A stretch of DNA of 64,000 bases from NCBI RefSeq assembly GCF_009834535.1, contig NC_045696.1:33358001-33422000 (forward strand), in the 5' to 3' direction. Below the pieces are notes generated by a model. It saw nothing but the letters and a program-made list of their open reading frames with translations. It ran no database searches and had not been told where the DNA came from. The DNA comes from Camelus ferus (Eukaryota). The stretch's first letter is position 1. Each line of letters starts with the position of its first letter. Below are positions 54,261-64,000 of the stretch, one piece after another. A program made the translations under genes and the position numbers.

Positions 54261-55824
54261 AAATTAAAGAGATAAAACAATCTAATGGACCATTTAAAAG
54301 ACTCATTGTGCTCTTTTATGATCTTTGCTTACTATTTATACCCAATTACCTTGTGGCAGGATATGGATTGTGCATCCATTAAGCATGTGCTAAATATACT
54401 TTGGTGTAAGTTCTGATTATTTCTCTAAACTTTATTCATGTTTATAGAGCTTTCATCGTCCATTGCTCACTTAACATCCACTCATAATTTTAAAATTACC
54501 AGGAAATGGCTGTAAACTTAGGAATTAAAGGCATCTTGCCACCAAATAGGAGTCTAGATCCCTGAGTTCTAGATGTGACTCTTTCAAGAATGAGATGTAT
54601 AAGTTTGGGGCAGGTTAGAGAGAGGAGATTTGCATTGGCCATTGTGGTTTAGAAAGTATGAGTAAAAGGGAGGATTAGCCAGCAAGACAATAAACCATTT
54701 TTAGATACTGTCTGTCTGAGTAAGTATTTATTCAATAATTTGGTTGAAAATTTTGCCTTAATTGATCTCAATTTAGATCTTACAAATCGAACTTAGATTT
54801 TACACAATCCACATGAATGTACAATGGATAAGAGAATCAAAAACTTCAAGTTCTTGTTTTTGGTTTATCTTTGTTTCATGGCTGTACTTTTCTTTAGTAT
54901 TCTTCTTATGGTTTCAGTGTGGAAAGAATGCATTATTCAAAATATCTGGTTTTGAATTCTTTGGAACAACATAGTATTCATTCCAATTTTATAGGTTTCT
55001 CCATTGGCTAAAGGAAATATTCAAAGTGCATATCACATAGCAATATACTTATAGTAAATTATTGCAATGTATAAAAATAGAATGATTTTAAAATCTAAAG
55101 AAATAGATTTTAAAGTGTCCTGAGAATTTGATTAGCTTGAATCAAGTAGAAAAACAAATAAACAAAAAGAACCCTTTATTCTAGATTGTATTTTAGGTGG
55201 TAATTTAATAACGTGTCCACGTTACTTGTGATAGTTTTCAAAATGAGTGGAAATATTTAGACAAGTGATGTTTTCTAAATGACACCAATACAAACTACTA
55301 ATTTATTTAGGGTTATGTTTAAAATTTCAATTTTTATTTTTATGCCTCAGATCCCTTAAGAAGCTTTGCCACTTATGTCAGGAGAGGTTAATTGTATCCT
55401 CCTATGGTAATATTATGACAGCATTTAACATTCAAAACTGGAATCTTTTACTTTTCAAAATAATTTTATTTTTGGCAACCTATACTTTTTTTTATCATTG
55501 TAAATCAGACTTCTCTATAGACTAAAATTATATTAATAGTTTGTGTTCAACTTATTTTTTAACCTTATATTTAATAGCTTGTGTTCCTCATTTTTTTTTA
55601 CCCATTAAATCTTATTTTTTCTTCCTATCAATAGTTTTTGTGCTCTATGTCTAAAAATTAGTTTGATTATTCCCTTTAATTACAGTGTTTTTGAGTTTTG
55701 GCCTCACAGAATTTGAAACAGTTTTCTTGTTCTGTTTTACTAGTTCCCATGACAATACTAGTATCTTCCTCTTTCCCTTTCTTACCTTGAAAAAAAACTT
55801 AATTGATAGATATCTCTTGCTCTT

Positions 55825-57002
55825 TTTTTTATCTATATCTAAATATATTTATGGGTACATGTATTTTTTTAACATTTTTTAATTGAGTTACAGTCATTTT
55901 ACAATGTTGTGTCAAATTCCAGTGTAGAGCACAATTTTTCAGTTATACATGAATATACATATATTCATTGTCACATTTGTTTTTGCTGTGAGCTACCACA
56001 AGATCTTGTATATATTTCCCTGTGCCATACAGTATAATCTTGTTTATCTATTTTACATATGCCTGTCAGTATCTACAAATTTTGAACTCCCAGTCTGTCC
56101 CTTCCCACCCACCGCGGCAATCACAGGTTTGTATTCTATGTCTATGAGTCTGTTTCTGTTTTGTATTTATGTTCTTTTTTTTAGATTCCACATATAAGTG
56201 ATCTCATATGGTATTTTTCTTTCTTTTTCTGACTTACTTCACTCAGAATGACATTCTCCAGTGACATCCATGTTGCTGCAAATGGCATTATGTTGTCATT
56301 TTTATGGCTGAATAGTATTCCATTGTATAAATATACCACTTCTTCTTTATCCAGTCATCTGTTGATGGACTTTTAGGCTGTTTCCATGTCATGGCTATTG
56401 TAAATAGTGCTGCTATGAACATTGGGGTGCAGGTGTCTTTTTGAAGTAGGGTTCCTTCTGGATATATGCCCAGGAGTGAGATGACTGGGTCATATGGTAA
56501 GTCTATTCCTAGTCTTTTGAGGAATCTCCATACTGTTTTCCATAGTGGCTGCACCGAACTGCATTCCCACCAGCAATGAAGGAGGGTTCCCTTTTTTCTA
56601 CACTCTCTCTAGCATTTGTCATTTGTGGACTTTTGAATGATGACCATTCTGACTGGTGTGAGGTGATACTTCATTGTAGTTTTGATTTGCATTTCTCTGA
56701 TAATTAGTGATATTGAGCATTTTTTCACGTGCCTATTGATCATTTGTATTTCTTCCTTGGAGAATTGAGTGTTTAGGTCTTCTGCCCATTTTTGGATTGG
56801 GTTGTTTGTTTTTTTTCTTATTAAGTCGTATGAGCTGCTTATATATGCTGGAGATCAAGCCTTTGCTGGTTTCACCTTTTGCAAAAATTTTCTCCCATTA
56901 CAGAGGTTGCTATTTTGTTTTAGTTATGGTTTCCTTTGCTATGCAGAAGCTTGTAAGTTTAATTAGGTCCCATTTATTTATTCTTGCTTTTATTTCTATT
57001 GC
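55825..57002 (-). mobile_element. Young lineage-specific L1, 5'-truncated (~1.15 kb: ORF2 C-terminus plus 3'UTR)
   Basis: ORF track peptides [31 protein letters not shown]...TCTPMFIAALFTIA...KKKWYIYTMEYYSAIK and AIEIKARINKWDLIKLTSFCIAKET; T-runs at the left end; TSD ttgctctt at 55817-55824 and 56999-57006. Confidence 0.95.
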
Positions 57003-60000
57003 TCTTAATAGCATTAACTTAATTAAGTAATTCAACAAAACATAAATAATCATAACATGCCCTTGCAAAGCATGGCAGGTCAATTGCCCAACTGAACTAA
57101 TCAGTAAAGTCTGACATTTAAATTGATGTCTCATTGATTATGTTTGATATTAAATTTTTCTTATGAAGAATACAACATCACAATCTGAGTTTCCAAATTG
57201 CAAACAGAGGTGGTGGTCTGAGAGGACAGATAACAAAGAAAGATTTTATACACTTAATGAAAGTAAAACAAGTCCTCTTAAAGAGAAGGAAATTTCTGAG
57301 AGAAAAGAAACAGACATTATCAAAGTATATGCCACATGAATGACACTTAGAAAATTTAAATAGCATCTGTGAGCACTTTCCATTGTATAGTGAGTTAATT
57401 TGTGTTATCCTTGCCTACCTCTTGGCATTGGTTGGGTATAAGGACGAAACCCTCATCACCTCTGAGCAGCACTAATGCTATTAATTCCCAGTCAATAACA
57501 ATGGTAAGGGTGCATCACATCTCACCTGCTAACTGTCATGGTCAGTGTTGGCAGCAGTCACTGAAGTAGAGGAATGTTTGGGGTACTGCAGGAGAAAAAG
57601 CTTAGAAACTGGCTGTAGAATAGTCCAGGAAAGCTTTGACACATGCATAAATTACTCTATATTCTCAACCACACCAAGACAGGACAAGAAAGATATGAAT
57701 GTCAAAAGTAATCACATCTCATGAGCAGCTCATCTCATTTCTACACAGAATGTTTCACTGAGTTTCTCCTATTCCTTTTCAACAGCTATCACTTTTGTTC
57801 TTTCTTTAATCCACACTTAACTGCAAAATCCTTTCTCTCCATCTAGAAATATCTTACTTTGCATTTAAAGTTTTGGAGCCTCTAGCTAAAGGACATTTCC
57901 TCGCATTTGGGTTTAGAAAGTGAACACAGGCATGCTAATTATTTTTGCAATTTTATTCTCTTTAACAAGGTCCCATAAGCATTGCCCTGATTTCAAAAGG
58001 ATAAAGATATATCCAGGCTCAGAATTAGAAAAAAAGTCTTGTTGATAAATCCTTGATTCAAATGATTCAGTTTAAATCATATTAAAGTGTGGGAGCTACT
58101 GCACATTAATTAATGTCTTTAATATCAAAATGTTTTAATTCCTGGTTATTCGTAAAAATCTCTCCCTATTCACCATTTCTCTGTATTGTTTTGATTAGTT
58201 TATATTCAACTAGTTGATAATATCAATTAGTTGATATTATTGATAAATAACTATGTTTTTAATAATCTAAGACATGAATTTAAATATTTTTAATATGTTG
58301 ACAACTGAATTTTGATTATTTTCTTCACTATTTACTGCAGTTAGGTTGGCAGTTGTTATTTTTAACATCATATCTTTGGATGTCTTACACTCAATTTTCC
58401 AGACATTATGGAATTGTTCTTCTTTTTTTTTTAATAAAGGTGGTTATAAGATTGTTAGATGAACATTTTAATTGTCCTGTTTGTGTATGTTGCTGTTACT
58501 ATTTTCAGTGAAAAATTGACATTATTTGTTCAAAAACAGAAATAGAACCATAGTTTTGCTTGTTTGTTTAATGCAGTCAGTGTCTAACCTAAAAAAATCT
58601 AAGTAGAGTGATGCAATGGAAATAACAGAACACATTTCAGAAAATAAGACATAAAAGAAAATGGGTTAGAGACAGTTAGGAATTATTTAGATGGCTAGCC
58701 TCATTTTACACTTTATGTGGTTAAATTTTATATGTTTTGAAATTTAAATTGATTAATATTAGTGGAAGATTTTATATATAAATGTATACTGAGATTTAAT
58801 GGACGATTAGTAAAGTTTTATGTGTAAATGATATTAAACCCATTTTTTTTTCTGTTCTGGAAAGTAAATTTTTCATGAAATAAAGAAAAATAGATTGACA
58901 TGTTATTTTGATTGGTTAATTGTATGATTATTTTTAAAATATGCCTTTTTGAAGTAAAGCTCCTATGTTTATACATGGATATAATATTATTCTAATCAAT
59001 ACTGTAATTTCACAGATCATCCTGTCAATATGCAATGTAACTAACTTACACATTTTCACTATATATGTTTTCTAAAGGGAATGAATTAAAAGGGGCACAT
59101 TTAGGTTACTTTTCCTATAACACTTTTCCTACACAACAAAACCTAATAATTATAAACACCTGCCCTTCACAATTTCTGAATAAGTCCTATTTTTTTTTGA
59201 CTTCTATTTAGAATTTTATAGTTACATTTTAGTTGAGCAAATAAAGTGTGTTTTAAGAAAATCTATACAGGTAAGTCAGCTTAAGTTTTATCAACATTCT
59301 TTCTCATGAATGTTTAACCAGCAGAACCATTTGTTCTTCAGTATATTAATGCAAATCACTTTTCAGTGCTCTGCTTAGTATTTAGAGTTACCTATAAAAT
59401 GTGCATTTTCTCAAAAAGCCAAAAGCAAGTTTACTGAATCAGTGCATATCTGAAAGCAAATGTTTTGATCAGAAACACTATTTTAATAGTTGTATACATA
59501 GGTATGCTAAAAACTTTAAATGCTTTCTGAGCTAAAATGCATTTATGACCAGCCTGCTGGTACTGTTTTATTCAGTGATTCTGTCTCTGTCTTCTGAATA
59601 AATTGTAGGATTTGGGGACGGATAAAAGGGAGACAGGAAAGGATGCTTTTTGACACAAGTTTCAGTAAGTTATTATATACAGATCCCAGGAATCTGTACG
59701 TACACTGCCTTACAAAGAATATTTTCTGTAGGATCATCATACTTGCCAATCATGTAATAAAACCCCAATGCTCTTTCTGGACTTTCTCTCTTATTTTTTA
59801 GATGGTCTCCTTTAACACCAATCTGTAGACCCTCCCTTAGCCCCAGATTCCACAAACAATCTAGGAAGCAAGGCAATTTTATGTCAGCCATTAGGTTGAT
59901 CATGTAACCTGGTTCCCAGCACCTAAATCTAGTATTGTCTCTGGTATATAAACTCTAGTTTGATTCTCCTTTCGAATCTGATTTCTTCTGTACTGATAGC

Positions 60001-60489
60001 CCCATTTGGTACATAATTCTATCTTTCAAGAAATTAGAAATCTTTTCCTAGACCCCAGTACCTGTTGTCAGGCCTCCCTAATTCTACCTTTCCCTAAGTC
60101 TGGACCTTAGCCTTAATGCTGATAAACTTAATTCCAATGTTTAGACTTAGGAAATTCCTCGTCATGTCTGTTACTGAGCTAGGTCCAATTTCTTGAAACT
60201 CTATATGCCACAACAATTCTTACCACCAAATAAAGCTGTAATTTTAAGACCAGAATAACAAGAGAATTTGAACAATTTGACCAGCCTGGTGGGTCCAAAA
60301 ATATCACATTTATTCAAAATATTTAAAATGTTTTATCATCAGAAAATCACTGACTCCTTTGAAAGCATTATAGTCCTTGAATATATGAAGCCATATTGTA
60401 ATAGTCTATTTTTATAACTGAATTTTGATGACTTCTCTAGTTACGAATGATGTCTTCTGGATTTATTATACCTGTTATGCATATCTGAC

Positions 60490-60860
60490 AAACAAGTAAG
60501 GATCTTTCAACATACATTGCATGCCTCCTGAGTGCTGCTCATCATATTAGACACTGAGCAAATAAAAAAAAAATTAAAATACTAAAAACAGGTGGTCCTT
60601 TCAGGAGTTTTTAAACTTAGCGTTAAGACGCAGCACAAATATGCATTGGTCCACTGGACAACCTCAATGTAAGTACATGGAAAATACAGAGTTAGATATT
60701 CTGATTAAATGTAAATATCAGCTCAAATTAAAGGAGTTGAAATCTCATGAAGGCTGAGAATCTAAAGACCTAAGGAGTGGTTTATGTGGGATTGATTCAG
60801 GCAACCTTTACAGAGGGTGATGCTGTCAGGGGTTAGGGGAGATGTTAGTCATCAAGAGTC
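60490..60860 (-). mobile_element. L2 3' fragment
   Basis: ttcaacatacattgcatgcctcctgagtgctgctcatcatattagacactgag and attcaggcaacctttacagagggtgatg. Confidence 0.5.
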
Positions 60861-61682
60861 AGCATGGGTTAAAAAAGATTTTAAAAAACTTTGTTGCAAA
60901 AATTCTTCCCTTGGAAAGTTCACAGGAATAATTTTATGTTGAGAGTTATCTCACCATAGTCTGAGTGGTATCAAAAATACATGAGGAGCTTTATGCTGAG
61001 TGACATGATACATCAGAACCTATTACTGGCTCTGAGAGTGATTTAGGATTAGGAAGGATATTGTAAAACAAGAAGTTATACAAGTAGTCATTAGTCAAAC
61101 ATGGCTTTAGTGTGACGGAAACCAGATAGCAGGATGTGCTGGATATTTTAACTACATTTATAACCGGAAACCAAAATATTTATAGAGAATAAAGCAGAAC
61201 AAATGGATGGGGAAGAGTGTTTCATAATGGCATAAGTAGTTTCCTCTGAAAAAATGTTACAGGAAATTGTATTTGCCACATATCTGAATTTTGTTTCATC
61301 CAGTAATAGGATTCATTTTCATATGCATGCTCAATTTTTTTTTTTTATTTGAAACCATCAAACCTGGTCTGAGACACTTAAGAGCTCTTTTAGGGATATT
61401 ATGCTCTTAAAATGAGACCCTCTCACACAAAAGAGAAGTTAAAAATTCAGTTGATATGTAGTATTATTCAGTTTATTGAGATGGAAACTAGAGTAATTCT
61501 AAGGTTCTTAGTGTAGCCTAGGTTTTAGGCTTTCCTCAAGTAGTTCCTATTGATTTGGAAATCTCTTCACAATAGTAGGTATATTTGAAATTGTCCAAAT
61601 TAGAAAGTTTTATCAGAATAAAAGTCAAATTGAATATAATTAAGTAACACAGGGATTCATATAACTATCATTTTATTATATA

Positions 61683-61879
61683 CAGTGTTAGCTGGTAAAT
61701 TAGTTAGTAATTAATTAATTAACACCCTGATTTATAGTGTTTGCCAATTTCTATGGTATAAATACTTCCTCCATGGTCAATGTCATGCTACCAACAGTGT
61801 AATAACTGGCTTACAAAATTTCAGAATATTTAACAATTGGCGCTCATGAGTCAGTAGTACAAGCTCCTGCACACCACTA
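61683..61879. mobile_element. MER63-like hAT-Blackjack DNA transposon
   Basis: cagtgttagctggtaaat...ccctgatttatagtgtttgccaatttctatggtataaatact...gctcctgcacaccact; imperfect terminal inverted repeats. Confidence 0.75.
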
Positions 61880-62227
61880 ATAAGCAGTAATTTAACCAAA
61901 CAGATGTGGGAAAAACATCTTCACTGCACAGGATTTTGAGATTGTAGCAAGTACCATAAAGATCAAATATGCCGTCATTACTTCCTGAGTTTACTAAGTA
62001 AATGTGTAAAGGAGTACTTTTCCACCTGGGAGTTCTCAGTAAAATGATCAGACTGCAGCTAATCTGTACTTGTGTTTTCTGCATTGCCCCATCCATGGCC
62101 CCAGGGATTTCTAAAAGAGAATGGCCCAGTCTTGCTTCAGTCTTTGTCAGATGGCCATCTCCTTGGGTTTATAAATGGACTTTTATCTAGCTATGTCCTC
62201 CAGCAGTAGAATGCAAATAGGAAATCC

Positions 62228-62345
62228 TTATTGAATCCTCCCACAACCCTTCTCAAAGGAAAGTAAAACTTTCAACTTTACAGGTCAGGAAACTGAAGCT
62301 CAGACAGGTCAAATAATTTTCCTAAGATCATGCAATAGTTCAAAT
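62228..62345 (-). mobile_element. MIR core
   Basis: aatcctcccacaaccct...tttacaggtcaggaaactgaagctcagacaggtcaaataattttcctaagatcatgca. Confidence 0.65.
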
Positions 62346-62899
62346 TGCTTCCAGACTTTTCCCTTTTTGTTGTATTTCTTCTGGCCAACAATATATATTG
62401 ACTTCTGGTCCCAGCAACATGGTGGCATGAATGAAAGAGGACTTTCTACAATGAGGATGAAGAAAAAAAGAGGGTTTAAGCCAAGAGCAGAAATTCTGCT
62501 AACTGATGTTACATGAACACAGATAATACTCAATCAGATAGAAGCACTAGAAGAGAGGGGGTCAGCTTTTAATGCCCACGGAAGAATAAATATGCTTGGG
62601 CCTGTCCAAACACAGACAGTAAATTTGTATTCTATTTGTCCAAAAAAGAGATTTAAAAAATGCATGTATCTGCCTAGACTTTGAGTAAAGGAAAAAATAG
62701 TCATTAAAAGTATCCAAGACCCAGCCTTTTGTTACACTTTAACAGTGAGTCCAGTTTATATAACCCATGTTGCTGGTCCCTCTAAATTAAGAAATTAATC
62801 ACTTAATCATGGGCCTGTAAAAATTGTAAGATACCTGAAAAAGCAGATAAAAACCAATTCTGTAAAATGATTTCTCCACCTAGGATGAGTGTGTTTCCA

Positions 62900-63240
62900 T
62901 AGGAAAAATTAAAAACTTTTAATAAAGAAGAGCTAATAATAAAAAATTAAGACCCACAAGGAAATGTTCCTGAAGTGTCAACTGACATAACATAGAATTT
63001 GAAACTCCAAGTTATGATAGTAGAAGAAGCTGTGCAACATAATAAAATTAGAGTATTTAATTGATTACACATAAAAGGGACTATAATGTGGAATTTAGCA
63101 GAGATTTTTTAAAATAAGCAAATAGAATTTCTAGCACTTAATGTGTGTAATAATAACACTTAAACACTGAATAAATAGATTAGATATAGCTAAAGAGAGT
63201 CATGAGAATAGAAGACAGACTTGACAGAACATAAAATGTC
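62900..63240 (+). mobile_element. Ancient L1 ORF1-like fragment
   Basis: aaatagaatttctagcactta...aaatagattagatatagctaaagagag...agaagacaga. Confidence 0.4.
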
Positions 63241-64000
63241 TATCAATCAGGTGCGAAGTTCCAAGCATATGTTAGGAGTATACCTGACTGTAATAGTCAC
63301 AATTTACAGGAAGTTAAGAAGTTTGCTGACTATAAACAGAAGCCAAAATGATAAATAATGGCAGCTTTACTGACTCTGTACTCTTCCTAGGACATAATTT
63401 CTAATGACTCAAAAATTTCCCCTATAATGTAGCATAATATTGAAGGGATTAAATGCTCTTTTGTGCTTCAATACTTTCATAAAAATTCTAGATTTTAGAA
63501 AACACCTTTTCCATGGAACACCAAGAATATATGACATCTTTTTTTTGTGACGTTTATAAGACAAATCTTTGCCTTGATTTTTATTATTTATTTGTTGCCT
63601 TTCTTTGGAGGATTAAACATCACACTCCAAGTAGAGTATCTAGTATAGCACTTGCCCCATAATCAGAACTCAATAATATGGTAGTTCTTTTTTATTTTAT
63701 AAACAAAATCTAACATATTACAAGAGGTGGACTCACTAAATATTTTAGAAAATTTCCAATAAAATAAAATTTGTCCTACAATCGAACTTAAATGGTGGAT
63801 GTATATTCATATTCTACCATATGCAGGAGTCCTGCATCCCCAGTTAACTCCATGACACATACCAATATCCTTCAAATGCAGCTATCACCTCCTCTTTCCT
63901 ATTCCAGAACTCTCCACCGTAGCAGCTAGGTGTCTTACCAACATTTCTCTCTACAGTTTCCCTTCTTCAAACTTGTAGGTACTGTACATCTTCTATTTAA

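Noticed and set aside
1..64000. Prokaryotic-type systems (operons, CRISPR, defence islands)
   Set aside because: The sequence is eutherian genomic DNA with no long ORFs or repeat-spacer arrays.

Overview
AT-rich, CpG-poor mammalian genomic DNA, intergenic or deep intronic. It is most likely camelid (camel/alpaca/llama), judging from a tRNA-Ala-derived vic-1-type SINE at 41155-41325 and the young L1 3' UTR type. I can support no intact protein-coding gene: the listed ORFs are L1 ORF1/ORF2 remnants, microsatellite read-through or chance ORFs. The window is dominated by transposable elements: old and lineage-specific L1s, L2, MIR, MaLR/ERVL LTRs, MER3, MER8 and MER63 DNA elements, one SINE and a U6 snRNA fragment. 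The most interesting structure is a ~2.16 kb target-site-duplicated, polyadenylated insertion (3691-5855) that looks like an L1 3' transduction, nested inside a young L1 that sits inside an older L1. Also notable are a twin-primed (5'-inverted) L1 with visible priming microhomology, an internally deleted and 3'-truncated L1, CpG-retaining blocks that may be regulatory, and a speculative chain of plus-strand exon-like blocks. All repeat subfamily names are recognised by eye from remembered consensus sequences, not by search, and boundaries of old elements are approximate. I found no evidence of a genuinely new biological system; the best findings are unusual instances of known retrotransposition mechanisms.
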